From a virus (Duplodnaviria > Caudoviricetes), in the IMG/VR virus record IMGVR_UViG_3300027128_000012, positions 1 to 34,600 of that record: a DNA stretch of 34,600 nucleotides. One strand, written 5' to 3'. The notes under the pieces are model-generated. The model had not been told where the DNA came from and made no database searches. It saw only the letters and a program-made list of their open reading frames with translations. The position numbers were made by a program, and so were the translations under genes. Shown here one piece after another: positions 10,066 through 19,553 of the stretch (positions are counted from its first letter, which is position 1; the number at the start of each line of letters is the position of its first letter).

Positions 10066-10094
10066 ATTGTAACAGATTGTTACAATGGTGTCAA
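10066..10094 (-). promoter_or_regulatory. sigma70 promoter of gp33-gp59-gp32 overlapped by a 12-bp inverted repeat
   Basis: TTGACA-17 nt-TACAAT with TG; ACCATTGTAACA-GAT-TGTTACAATGGT at 10063-10089. Confidence 0.8.
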
Positions 10095-10098
10095 TAAT

Positions 10099-10713
10099 TT
10101 ATTTCGACGGTTGGTTTCTGTCTAGTGTGCGAGGGGTCATATCCCAATTATAATTAAACAAATAATTATGTGCATTACCTTTCAATTTAAACTGATTCTT
10201 AGAAACAGTCAATTTTATGAAAGTTCTAAAACCTTCACGTTTTTCAACAGAAACACGATGAATACATGTATTATTCATTTCCAACAATATTTTGTTAGGA
10301 TATGTAGTGATTTTACTCTCGTCAATCATTAACTCCATATCCAAACGTGAAATAACAGGATCATTTGTTATTTCTATTTGTTGGTTGTAAAATTCAGTAG
10401 GGAAATCATCAGACCACACATAATTAATGTCATCCGTGCCAAAACCATCCAAATGCCAACCGGGACGACCACGACTTTCAAATGTGGTAAACATGCTCTT
10501 ACAAGAAACATAAACATAATCAGTCTTAGTAGAATACTGAATAGCACCAACTAGAGGTCTAATAAACTCTAAATGAGATGGTAAACGCAAATCTGTACCG
10601 GGCATAATAATAGGCATGTCCTGAACAAACATCATTTCAGGACATTCTAAATCAAACTCACCAATAACATATGGTGCATTGCCAACTAATATTTTATCCA
10701 TTTTCACCAACAA
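10099..10713 (-). CDS. 2OG-Fe(II) dioxygenase-like protein
   Basis: RPGWHLDG (HxD), distal IHR and RTFIKL motifs. Confidence 0.75.
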   Translation of the reverse strand: MLVKMDKILVGNAPYVIGEFDLECPEMMFVQDMPIIMPGTDLRLPSHLEFIRPLVGAIQYSTKTDYVYVSCKSMFTTFESRGRPGWHLDGFGTDDINYVWSDDFPTEFYNQQIEITNDPVISRLDMELMIDESKITTYPNKILLEMNNTCIHRVSVEKREGFRTFIKLTVSKNQFKLKGNAHNYLFNYNWDMTPRTLDRNQPSK

Positions 10714-10942
10714 TAATTATCTCGGTTTCAAACGGAAGAATACAACCAATTGAAATATTTGCACCAAATACCTGCATCAATTTCCACATTTGCCATTTTG
10801 AATATCCATTTTCGTCTTCTTCCATAGGTATAAATGAATATGGCGGATTACCTTTATACAAAGAAAAATACCATTCAATGTATTGTTGTCTACCATGATC
10901 AGTGAGTTTTACTTTAACAAACTCATTTATATTAAACTTCAT
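10694..10942 (-). CDS. Hypothetical phage protein
   Basis: 82 aa, FNINEFVKVKLTDHG...WQMWKLMQVFG; overlapping operon arrangement. Confidence 0.75.
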   Translation of the reverse strand: MKFNINEFVKVKLTDHGRQQYIEWYFSLYKGNPPYSFIPMEEDENGYSKWQMWKLMQVFGANISIGCILPFETEIIIVGENG

Positions 10943-11346
10943 TATGCCACCATCGCTGCGCCAACAATAAACAATAATGCCAATACTAAAACAACAACTT
11001 CAATCATACCAACAATTGTCATTATAGGATTCATTTTTTCTTTGTTGAAAACATTAATGTCACGGGTTTGGTTTATTTCGGTATGAATATATTCATCGGC
11101 ATCAACCGTTATGGTAGTATTGGTATTATCACCAATAGCAACATTCAACTCATAAACGTACTTTCCGTCACTATTCTTATAATTGGTTTTTTCAATAACA
11201 GTACCTTTAGTTATCAAAAACATATCTTTCATAATAAAATGGTGATAACCAAAATAAAAAGGACATGCAATAAAAATAGCTATGATGAATAGTTTCATCA
11301 AACCAGTAACGTCAAAAGATTTATTATCTTTCTTTAAACTAATCAT
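10942..11346 (-). CDS. Membrane protein (two TM helices)
   Basis: Hydrophobic stretches near the N- and C-termini. Confidence 0.75.
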   Translation of the reverse strand: MISLKKDNKSFDVTGLMKLFIIAIFIACPFYFGYHHFIMKDMFLITKGTVIEKTNYKNSDGKYVYELNVAIGDNTNTTITVDADEYIHTEINQTRDINVFNKEKMNPIMTIVGMIEVVVLVLALLFIVGAAMVA

Positions 11347-11470
11347 GTTTTATAAACTCACAGATTTGGTGAACTGAATACATCCCAATAGAGATTACTG
11401 ATATAGAAATCACCGTAGCAATCTTCATTGGGACATTATCTATCAGGAAGAAAAGTGTTTTATCACTCAT
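11339..11470 (-). CDS. Small 43-aa membrane peptide (not in ORF track)
   Basis: MSDKTLFFLIDNVPMKIATVISISVISIGMYSVHQICEFIKHD* fills the operon gap. Confidence 0.45.
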   Translation of the reverse strand: MSDKTLFFLIDNVPMKIATVISISVISIGMYSVHQICEFIKHD

Positions 11471-11484
11471 AGTAAAGTGAGGTA

Positions 11485-12690
11485 TTAACTACCCCACACC
11501 ATATCCTGTACTTTCATGATCAAATTACTTGCCAATTCAATGTTAGGTCGCTTAGGCAGCTTCGTCTCATGGTAAAGTTTATTACGAATCAGATCGTCTT
11601 GTTCCTCACCGTAAGCAATTAATTGCTCATAAGACCACGAACCACGGCGGATTTCAAGTAATTCCTTTGCATCCGGACGCTTCACCAATACTTCACCATG
11701 CTCAAGGATTTCACGGCCCATACGCAACAAGCGAACCAGATGCATACCATGCTTGAAATCAGTGCCAGTAGCTTGAAAGTCAAGATGTCGCTTACACAAA
11801 TGTAGCAATTCAGAAAGATTCGCTTCATTCATGGTCTTTACCAGTTCGGCCATGTTTTCGCTCCCAACAACATGGTCAACATCATAGCTTTCAGAAACCA
11901 CTTCACGAACAACAGAGGCACGTTCAGCTAGTTCAAGCTCAATCAAACGATAAAGATCAACCTTCTTATCCTTCAATGTCTTCCAAGCCCAATATTGGTT
12001 CCATGTTTCAAGATTTTGCTTGTACTCGGAAATGTTAAACTTGACAATCATCAACGGCAACTTTCGCTCACCATCAGCAGTGGTATGATCGAAGGAATTA
12101 TCAGTCACATTCAGATGAAAACCATCATTGTATGTCTTAGCACCAGCGTCCTTGTACAGACCGTAAATGTTTCCACCATAATGAACCAAACGATAACCAT
12201 CATGGTATTCTTCAAGATCAATCTTGAAAACCTTTTCGTTGGTGTAGTTGACGACCAACGAAACATAGTCAATCTGACGAGGTGGGGTTGTTGGTTGCGG
12301 GTTATTCTGCCACTTGGACTGATTCTTCATTTGCTTTAATTGACTAACTGCATAACCAGAAAAGGTGAATGCAGCCCTCGAAGACATCAAATCACGGCGA
12401 TGTTTGCGAAGCAACTGATAGGCTGGGGAATCCAAGATAACATCATTTTCCTCAATCCACAAGAGTTCGACAATGTTTGGATTACATTCCGTATACAATT
12501 GCATGAACTTCGACAGTTCATAACTAACACTATCCTTTTGATCAGGATGACGGTACTCATTCTGTTTAAAAAATGGAGTGCGGATAAACTTGGGGTCAGC
12601 CACGAAAATGCCACGATAATCTTCATCAGACGTTGGTGTATTTGTGCCATAGCTGATACTACCAGCACGACCCAAGTAGATTTCTTTCAT
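11485..12690 (-). CDS. Pol-beta superfamily nucleotidyltransferase (RlaP/YcgL-like)
   Basis: GSISYGTNTPTSDEDYRGIF, NPNIVELL, FSGYA, KHGMHLVRLL, LLEIRRG. Confidence 0.88.
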   Translation of the reverse strand: MKEIYLGRAGSISYGTNTPTSDEDYRGIFVADPKFIRTPFFKQNEYRHPDQKDSVSYELSKFMQLYTECNPNIVELLWIEENDVILDSPAYQLLRKHRRDLMSSRAAFTFSGYAVSQLKQMKNQSKWQNNPQPTTPPRQIDYVSLVVNYTNEKVFKIDLEEYHDGYRLVHYGGNIYGLYKDAGAKTYNDGFHLNVTDNSFDHTTADGERKLPLMIVKFNISEYKQNLETWNQYWAWKTLKDKKVDLYRLIELELAERASVVREVVSESYDVDHVVGSENMAELVKTMNEANLSELLHLCKRHLDFQATGTDFKHGMHLVRLLRMGREILEHGEVLVKRPDAKELLEIRRGSWSYEQLIAYGEEQDDLIRNKLYHETKLPKRPNIELASNLIMKVQDMVWGS

Positions 12691-12724
12691 GTTAGCCTTC
12701 TATATGTGAAAATTAAGATAGCCT

Positions 12725-12753
12725 ATTCTACAACACTCGCACATCATAGTCAA
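12725..12753 (-). promoter_or_regulatory. sigma70-like promoter
   Basis: TTGACT-17 nt-TAGAAT. Confidence 0.7.
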
Positions 12754-12807
12754 GTACAGTTTCCATTAACAATAAATATCATGTATTTGTTAATGTATGA
12801 GACTAAA

Positions 12808-13221
12808 ATGAACTTTGAAGAATTGTTGATAACCGACATGAAAAAACTTGACGAAAACTTTTTTATCAAAAGAAACAATAATTATCTGGAACTTTCACAC
12901 CAATTAAATGTGCATGCAAAGAAACCATTCATACCGTCATGGGCACATAAAAGGATGCTTGAATTGCGTGATAAAAACACTTTCGACAATACAGTAAAAA
13001 ACTCACCAATAAAAGTAGTTCATCCCTTAATGTCACAAGAAGTTAAAAATGTAGGGGAAAAAAGAGTAGGCTCAACAAGAGATATATCTGTTAATGTTCC
13101 TATCGTAATACATAACACCAGAACAGGAGAAATGCATTTGATTGCAGGTAATCATAAAATAGAATCTTGTAATAAAACCAAAACAAATACACCTGTTATT
13201 GCTATACCACATGAAGAATAA
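12808..13221 (+). CDS. ParB/Sulfiredoxin-like domain protein, probable late/head protein
   Basis: Real start probably MNFEELLI (12808) after TAAATA 12773-12778; PIVIH...LIAGNHK resembles the ParB GxHR motif with R to K. Confidence 0.65.
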   Translation: MNFEELLITDMKKLDENFFIKRNNNYLELSHQLNVHAKKPFIPSWAHKRMLELRDKNTFDNTVKNSPIKVVHPLMSQEVKNVGEKRVGSTRDISVNVPIVIHNTRTGEMHLIAGNHKIESCNKTKTNTPVIAIPHEE

Positions 13222-13245
13222 AAAAAGGGCTTAAAGCCCTTTTTT
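13220..13245. terminator. Bidirectional terminator between convergent genes
   Basis: AAAAAAAGGGCT-TA-AAGCCCTTTTTT. Confidence 0.85.
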
Positions 13246-13747
13246 ACTTTTCACTCAATGGGTGAGAATCCGCCAATTTTCTAACTTCTGGATGGATACT
13301 TTTAGAAGCAGCCCCCAAATGTGATTTATCAATATTTTTATTTTTTAAGGCAGCCTTTTGCACATCTATGTGATTTGAACGTAGAGCGTCATGCAACTGT
13401 TCATGTGTCGCACCACCATGAAGATTGGACATATTCAATGCTAAACTACGTACTTCCGGATGTGGGTCGCCCATAGCAAAATTAATATGCTCTTTATTAA
13501 GATGTGGCGAAGATGTTTGTAAGACAGCCCTGCGAACACTAAGATCGGGATGTGACTGTGATCTTGTGAGTGCCCTTTCATTTGTCATATGTGATTTTAC
13601 CAAAGGTGCTAAATTAATATGATCATATTCATAATTTGATTTTTGGTGATTATCAATTTCTTTATGTATTGCATTATTATGATCTACAACTTCTGCATTT
13701 GACTCAAACAATGCGCCTTCTACCATTCGTCTAAATGATTGCTTCAT
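13244..13747 (-). CDS. His-rich HEAT-like repeat protein (paralog 2)
   Basis: MKQSFRRMVE start after GGAG; repeats HPDLSVRRAVL, DPHPEVRSLAL, NHIDVQKAAL, IHPEVRKLA. Confidence 0.8.
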   Translation of the reverse strand: MKQSFRRMVEGALFESNAEVVDHNNAIHKEIDNHQKSNYEYDHINLAPLVKSHMTNERALTRSQSHPDLSVRRAVLQTSSPHLNKEHINFAMGDPHPEVRSLALNMSNLHGGATHEQLHDALRSNHIDVQKAALKNKNIDKSHLGAASKSIHPEVRKLADSHPLSEK

Positions 13748-13774
13748 TTTTTTCTCCAATTATTCTTTTATAAA

Positions 13775-14461
13775 TTAACTATGCAATGGATGATATGCGT
13801 TTGGCATAGTTCTTGTTTTCAACGCCTCATGGGCAGCATGTTGAACAGCACCATCCGAATGTTTTAACAATCCATGCAATCCATTTTGATGCATTCCGGG
13901 TGCTCTATTAATCGTCTCAATCTTGTGTGCCTGTGATGTTTCAGGGTTATTTATATGACTGATGACATGTTGTGGGGTAGCGGCGTGGTGCATCGCAGCC
14001 ATATGACGTATTTCCGGATGTGAACTTTTCATGGCGGTATCAATATGAGCCTTATTGATATTAGGATGGCTTAAAGCAGCCTTTTGAACTCCAACATCGT
14101 GATCTTGTAATGCTGTATGTAAATGCTCCGATGCTAAATTTCCAACACGTTTTGATGTATGAATTGCCTGTATACGATTTAACGGATGTGAATCTTTAAG
14201 TCCTGCGTGAACATGACTCATATTAAGGTGCGGAGAATCGCTCTGTAAGGCCGATCTACGCACTTCTGGGTCATGATGGACTGACGCACTGTCCAATGCA
14301 CTAGTGCTTGTTAAATGCGATTTTACGAGGTGTGGGAGGTCAATATGATGTGATGTTGCGGGTGAATCAATTGCCTGATGTATATCTTGATTGTGCACAG
14401 TATGAAGATCATGAGTCACACCAAACATACTTTCAACTAAACTTCTAAATGATTGCTTCAT
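13775..14461 (-). CDS. His-rich HEAT-like repeat protein (paralog 1)
   Basis: MKQSFRSLVE; HHDPEVRRSAL, DHDVGVQKAAL, SHPEIRHMA; TAAATA at 14484-14489. Confidence 0.8.
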   Translation of the reverse strand: MKQSFRSLVESMFGVTHDLHTVHNQDIHQAIDSPATSHHIDLPHLVKSHLTSTSALDSASVHHDPEVRRSALQSDSPHLNMSHVHAGLKDSHPLNRIQAIHTSKRVGNLASEHLHTALQDHDVGVQKAALSHPNINKAHIDTAMKSSHPEIRHMAAMHHAATPQHVISHINNPETSQAHKIETINRAPGMHQNGLHGLLKHSDGAVQHAAHEALKTRTMPNAYHPLHS

Positions 14462-14552
14462 TTTTTACTCCAAATTATTTTACTATTTAGAGTAGCAATG
14501 AGAGTTATAATGCAACATTAACACTCTCATTGGGAGCATTAACATCTAAAAA

Positions 14553-15287
14553 TTATTTGCAAGTGCCAAATATTTCATAGAACTTATCAACAGTCCATTT
14601 CTTCATTCCTGACACTTGCCCGTCTCCTATTTCCACCAACCACTCTTTCCCGTGAATATCTTCTATGATATCAATACTAAAAAAATTACTATCAATCTTC
14701 TTAGCAATTTCGCTAACTATTGTTGGCACATTACCATCACATGAAAAAACATTTCCCATAAAACAAAAAAATCTTTTTTCAGAATAGCTGTCTAGCGCAT
14801 GATACTGGCGAAGACATATACGACCGGCACCATCAGTACCTCGATACTTTCGCATCTTTTCAAGTGCTGACCTTAACTCAACTCCACCATTTACAATACC
14901 ACCAGACTTAACATCATCCTTCAAAAGAAAAGAACAATTAATTGAATCTACAAAATTAATAGAATCTTCAACCGTGTCAAAAAAATACGTATTAAAAGTA
15001 TACTCGGCTAAAATATCATACCAGTTGTGCAAATAATGGGTGTTGTTATACTGTTGCGGATTGTTGATAAGTGTCATACCATTATAACGAAGACTTTTAT
15101 AAAAACTATCATATTCAGCAGCGTTCTTCATCCAACCACGGTATACGACATCTGTCACGACAGTATCCCTGCGGGCATACCAACAGGTCAACGTTTTATA
15201 ACCACGATTGTCAGCTTCAATCATTTCATCATGAAACTCAGGGTCTATTGTTTTCTCAAACATCATATTTGGATATAAAAATAACAT
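14553..15287 (-). CDS. ATP-grasp domain protein (R2K/DUF4343-like)
   Basis: VYRGWM, FLLKDDVKS, EKRFF, FFSIDI, WLVEIGDGQVSG. Confidence 0.85.
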   Translation of the reverse strand: MLFLYPNMMFEKTIDPEFHDEMIEADNRGYKTLTCWYARRDTVVTDVVYRGWMKNAAEYDSFYKSLRYNGMTLINNPQQYNNTHYLHNWYDILAEYTFNTYFFDTVEDSINFVDSINCSFLLKDDVKSGGIVNGGVELRSALEKMRKYRGTDGAGRICLRQYHALDSYSEKRFFCFMGNVFSCDGNVPTIVSEIAKKIDSNFFSIDIIEDIHGKEWLVEIGDGQVSGMKKWTVDKFYEIFGTCK

Positions 15288-15299
15288 TTCATCACCTAT

Positions 15300-15324
15300 A
15301 AAAAAAGGGCCGAAGCCCTTTTTT
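15300..15324 (-). terminator. Rho-independent terminator with UUCG loop
   Basis: Minus strand AAAAAAGGGC-TTCG-GCCCTTTTTTT. Confidence 0.9.
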
Positions 15325-15334
15325 ATTTTAACGT

Positions 15335-16357
15335 TTACGCAGCTTCTTTCTTATCCGAGCGGATCGAAGAAGCCACTGCCCACACAATGAAACCAACACC
15401 AATCAAACCAGTCACGATTTCAGAAACTTCATGAGTAATGCTCATGAGCATGATGGTTGCAAGTGCGCCAATTGCATAATGTGCGCCATGTTCAAGGAAC
15501 TTATAAGCTTGCAAGGTTCCCTTATCAACAAGATACGTAGTCATCGAACGGACGAAGAACGCACCAACACACAGACCCAACATAATGATAACAATATCAG
15601 TAGTAATAGCGAAGGCACCAATAACTCCGTCAAAGCTGAACGATGCGTCCAAAACTTCAAGGTACAGGAATCCACCGATACTACCAGTCGAAACAACCTT
15701 TGCTACATTAACATCACTTTCAGTTTCTTCTTCCAACAGATGACCAATAAACTCAACAGCAAGATAAGTAAGGATACCATAAGTACCAGCCATCATCACC
15801 GCCAACTTCTCATGCTCAGGAACAAAACTCGTTACACCTACCAAGATAGCCAACGTTGCAAGAATGGACATCGAATCAACACGACCAAGCTTTGCCATCT
15901 TTTCTTCCAGCCAAGAGTGCCAGTGCAAATCCTTTTCCGGGTCAAACAAGAAGTTGAAAAAAACCAAGAACAAGAAAGAACCACCATAAGCAAGAACTTC
16001 GGCATGGTGAGACAACAGGGCAGCAGAATATTCCTTGGGGCTATTGATTGCCATGTTCCATGCTTCAAGAATAGACATGTCAGATGTTTGTGAAACAATA
16101 ACCAACGGGAACAGCAAGCGCATACCAAAAACAGCAATGAAAATACCAACCGTCAAAAATAGGGTGCGCCAGTAGTGATTCCAATGTTGCAAAATACCAG
16201 CATTGACAACAGCATTGTCAAAGCTCAGAGAAACTTCCAAAACAGCAAGTACGACCGCCACAAAAAGACCTGCGGGGCCAGCATACAGATATGCTGCAAG
16301 GAAACAGAGGGCGGCCAAAATACCGGAGAAACGGAAATGACGCATAAGTTGTAGCAT
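15335..16357 (-). CDS. TerC-family / DUF475 integral membrane protein
   Basis: LEVSLSFDNAVVNA, FGMRLLFP, YLEVLDASFSFDGVIGAFA, LEHGAHYAIG. Confidence 0.93.
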   Translation of the reverse strand: MLQLMRHFRFSGILAALCFLAAYLYAGPAGLFVAVVLAVLEVSLSFDNAVVNAGILQHWNHYWRTLFLTVGIFIAVFGMRLLFPLVIVSQTSDMSILEAWNMAINSPKEYSAALLSHHAEVLAYGGSFLFLVFFNFLFDPEKDLHWHSWLEEKMAKLGRVDSMSILATLAILVGVTSFVPEHEKLAVMMAGTYGILTYLAVEFIGHLLEEETESDVNVAKVVSTGSIGGFLYLEVLDASFSFDGVIGAFAITTDIVIIMLGLCVGAFFVRSMTTYLVDKGTLQAYKFLEHGAHYAIGALATIMLMSITHEVSEIVTGLIGVGFIVWAVASSIRSDKKEAA

Positions 16358-16451
16358 TTAATTTTACCTTTATAGTGAGTTGGTAGGTGTATATTAACAC
16401 ATACACCTATGTTTACAAGACATAATATGTTAAAGTTTGTAACCGTCAGTA

Positions 16452-17633
16452 TTAACGGTTAGTAACCTTCTCGATCAATTGAGACTTCATGTCTTCCATC
16501 TTCTTAACCGCTTCAATTCTGGAAACTTCACCTTCCTGCTTGATCTTCTGAACTTCATCAATTGTTTCGATAAGGTTCTTCTGAACATATTCAAGAGTTT
16601 GAATGTCAACCACAGAACGCTCATTAGCCTTCGCCGTGGCAACACTGTTCATCTTCAACAAATCTGCATTTTTCTTCATGATATCGTTAGTCGTGTCGTC
16701 AATCTTGGTTGCAAGTTCAACTGCATTCTTTTGCTCAATCAATGCAATCGCCAGTACAAATTGCTTCTTCCAAGAGGGAATAGTCAATTCAGTAAGATTC
16801 GTAAACTTGTCGATCAGTGTACGGTTGTTACTCTGAATCATGCGAATCATAGGAGCAGTTTGAATTGCCACCATTTGCATAGTCTTCAAATCATGCACAC
16901 GCTTCTTCAAGCGGTCGATAATCCCTGACAAATCGGAAATATTTTGTGCTTCAATGGGATTGGTAGCGGCAGTTGGCGATGCCTTCATTTCTTCAAGTTG
17001 TTGGTTCAATTCTTCAATCTTGACTTCACCAACCAAAATACTAGTGTCGAGATTTTTGTATTCTTCAACGTTGTAAAGATATACATTTTCAAGATTTTGA
17101 ATAGTGCCATTCAAACGATTCTGTGTGACACTAACCTCAGACAGCAACTTTTCAATTTGCTTGGAAAGGGAATCGTATTGTCCAACAATCTTTTCCTTAC
17201 CAACAATAAACTTGTTGATAAGACCACCAATCAGGGGAATCTTCGATCCACCATTAACAAGACCATTGATATTGACTTGCTTGGCAAGGACGACAACTTC
17301 GGTCATCTTATCACCAATACCATCAACATCGGAACTGCGCACATGCTTTAGCATGTCATCAGAGAAACGCACAATCTTTTCACCTGCATCGGAACCAAGC
17401 TTGGTGATAGCAGTTGTTTCGTAAGGATTGAAATTTGTCACTGCATTGGAAACACGCTGCTGCAACTCATTGACATCCATACCAGAGGCAACAAGACGTT
17501 GCATGTTGGCGTCAAAAACCTTTTGTATAATGGCGGAAGTGCCAACATTCTTATCAGTACCAACCACAACCAAGTTTTGATTGGATACTTGTCCTGTTTG
17601 AGTATATGCGGAAACCGGCTTAAACACTGTCAT
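16452..17633 (-). CDS. telA: Toxic anion resistance protein (TelA family)
   Basis: QTAPMIRMIQSNNRTL, TIPSWKKQ, NERSVVDIQTL; start probably MTVFKP after AGGAG. Confidence 0.88.
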   Translation of the reverse strand: MTVFKPVSAYTQTGQVSNQNLVVVGTDKNVGTSAIIQKVFDANMQRLVASGMDVNELQQRVSNAVTNFNPYETTAITKLGSDAGEKIVRFSDDMLKHVRSSDVDGIGDKMTEVVVLAKQVNINGLVNGGSKIPLIGGLINKFIVGKEKIVGQYDSLSKQIEKLLSEVSVTQNRLNGTIQNLENVYLYNVEEYKNLDTSILVGEVKIEELNQQLEEMKASPTAATNPIEAQNISDLSGIIDRLKKRVHDLKTMQMVAIQTAPMIRMIQSNNRTLIDKFTNLTELTIPSWKKQFVLAIALIEQKNAVELATKIDDTTNDIMKKNADLLKMNSVATAKANERSVVDIQTLEYVQKNLIETIDEVQKIKQEGEVSRIEAVKKMEDMKSQLIEKVTNR

Positions 17634-18699
17634 TTTTAGCTCCTGTAGCATTTGACATTTTTTCGAGAAGTTCTTTTTGAATGTTCAACAAATTGTTATA
17701 TTCATTGTTACCATTCATCTTTGAAGAAAAAACAGAAATCATCTGTTGTTTCCATGTTGGTATAACCAACGTAATAATATCGTTTGTTTGGTCAATCAAC
17801 GTCAAGAAATTGTTTTCTTCAAGACGTAATTGAGACATACGCATCAAAATTGTTTGACGAATCAACATCAGATTATGAACACGGCGCTCAAAACGAGCCA
17901 ACGCATCTTGCAAATCTTGAAGTGTCTGTTTCGCAAAAAACTCTACTGCTGTTGTCTGTGACGCCATTTTACTCTTTTCATCGTCAATACGCAACTGCGC
18001 AGCAACAATTAATACAGAAAGCATACGAAACTGTTTGTCCGTCTCCAACTCCACGGCATCAAACTCTGGAATGTGAGACTTTAGCTTAGCCAATGCATTC
18101 TTGCAATTAGCAACTTCTTTATTGATTTCTGCTTCCAAAATGTTATATTCTTCTCGTGTCGTAATAGAACGTGAGAAAAATGACTTTAAAAAACTTTTAT
18201 TGAAAATTGCATCAATGTCAACACGCTTAATTGACGCCATAATCTTATTCAAAGAAGCACGAATGCCTTCCGAAAAAGATGAGTTGACAATCTTTGCCAA
18301 TTTGTTGATTATTTCCTCAGACGAAACATCAGCACCATATTCGGTAATAAAATGGTGGTCAGTAATCTTGATGTCATCACGCATTAATAAAATTCGTGAC
18401 TTTTCAATTGTTGTTAAATCAAAATCACTAAACCCCAATTTAGCCAAAGATTCCGCAATAGCCTTGTTTTCAGAATCATCCAAAACAGCCTTCACCGAAG
18501 GCTTGAGGATTGGTTTAACCTCACGATTTACGGGTAATGGCGCAGAAGGTTGTATAGGCATAACCGGGGGTACAACCGGCTTTGTACTTTCAAGCTGGCG
18601 CAAGCGATCTTGCAAGGAATTGCCTGCCGGTTTGGGGTCAGCAATAGTTTGAGGTTGTGTTTTTGATACTACACCCCCAAATGTTTTGATTTGACTCAT
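17620..18699 (-). CDS. Divergent TelA-like protein
   Basis: ITEYG, RFERRVHNL, LVIPTWKQQ parallel the adjacent TelA; Pro-rich N-terminus. Confidence 0.7.
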   Translation of the reverse strand: MSQIKTFGGVVSKTQPQTIADPKPAGNSLQDRLRQLESTKPVVPPVMPIQPSAPLPVNREVKPILKPSVKAVLDDSENKAIAESLAKLGFSDFDLTTIEKSRILLMRDDIKITDHHFITEYGADVSSEEIINKLAKIVNSSFSEGIRASLNKIMASIKRVDIDAIFNKSFLKSFFSRSITTREEYNILEAEINKEVANCKNALAKLKSHIPEFDAVELETDKQFRMLSVLIVAAQLRIDDEKSKMASQTTAVEFFAKQTLQDLQDALARFERRVHNLMLIRQTILMRMSQLRLEENNFLTLIDQTNDIITLVIPTWKQQMISVFSSKMNGNNEYNNLLNIQKELLEKMSNATGAKNDSV

Positions 18700-18732
18700 T
18701 GTTTAACTCGTTAGCCATTATTGAATGTTAGT

Positions 18733-18761
18733 ATTGTAACAAACTGAGATATGGATATCAA
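18733..18761 (-). promoter_or_regulatory. sigma70-like promoter of the TelA pair
   Basis: TTGATA-17 nt-TACAAT with TG. Confidence 0.65.
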
Positions 18762-18784
18762 GTGGTTTTACATATTTTAACAAC

Positions 18785-18809
18785 AAAAAAGCCAGCAATG
18801 CTGGCTTTT
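18785..18809 (-). terminator. Rho-independent terminator
   Basis: Plus strand AAAAAAGCCAGCA-A-TGCTGGCTTTT. Confidence 0.8.
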
Positions 18810-18902
18810 GATCGTGTGGGTTTATTCCACTTTACCTTAATAGGCTCTTTAATAATCATTACGTCTTATACTTCTAATAGCGAAGGATCATAATGATAGG
18901 AT

Positions 18903-19313
18903 TTAATCACTCAAACGTTGTTTGATTTTGTATTGGAAAACTTCAAACTGATTAGATATATCACCAATTAATTGAACAGTACCAGAAGATAATCCACCAT
19001 TGTTACTAAGATCATCAATCATGCTGTTTGTTTGAGACAATATTTCATTAACACCTGCAAACTTTTCTTCGTTTGAATCACCAATAGTTATTTGTGAACA
19101 CATGGTTGCCGCTTGAAGATTAATTTGCTGAATGTTTATGTCAATGCCCAACCCCAAACATCTTTCGATAACAGAGTCATAAGAATCTTCTGCGAAAGAA
19201 TAAATCTCAGCGAAAATCTCATGATCAGGAATAAAGGTTTTACCAGTTGTTAGGTTATGGCAAGCACGGCCATATATTCCCAACACATTAAGTATTATTG
19301 CTAATTCGTTCAT
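18903..19313 (-). CDS. Dps/ferritin-like four-helix protein
   Basis: HNLTTGKTFIPDHEIFAEIY...DSVIER matches the Dps H..G..F...H...Y....D...ER pattern; TAAATA at 19343-19348. Confidence 0.75.
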   Translation of the reverse strand: MNELAIILNVLGIYGRACHNLTTGKTFIPDHEIFAEIYSFAEDSYDSVIERCLGLGIDINIQQINLQAATMCSQITIGDSNEEKFAGVNEILSQTNSMIDDLSNNGGLSSGTVQLIGDISNQFEVFQYKIKQRLSD

Positions 19314-19345
19314 TTTATACCCCTAATTATAATAGCTAAGTATAT

Positions 19346-19537
19346 TTAGGGACAATTTGAACTATCATTTGAATTGAGAATTGTCAAACCTCGTTCTTTC
19401 AAATTATTCAAACGCTCTAAAGATTCTTTCTTTAGTCGTTCTTCATTCTTTAAAAAGAAAGCCGCCATTCTTGATATACCAGATACTATAGCTTCTCTTT
19501 CTTTTTTAGCATATCCTTCTGAAACTTTAAAATCCAT
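19346..19537 (-). CDS. Small hypothetical protein
   Basis: MDFKVSEGY... after GAGGT; the longer ORF-track start runs into tRNA-Pro. Confidence 0.55.
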   Translation of the reverse strand: MDFKVSEGYAKKEREAIVSGISRMAAFFLKNEERLKKESLERLNNLKERGLTILNSNDSSNCP

Positions 19538-19553
19538 ATATTCGACCTCAAAT

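Noticed and set aside
12340-12807. N-terminal extension of the 293-aa ORF
   Set aside because: Overlaps the nucleotidyltransferase gene and its promoter; the plausible start is 12808, after TAAATA.
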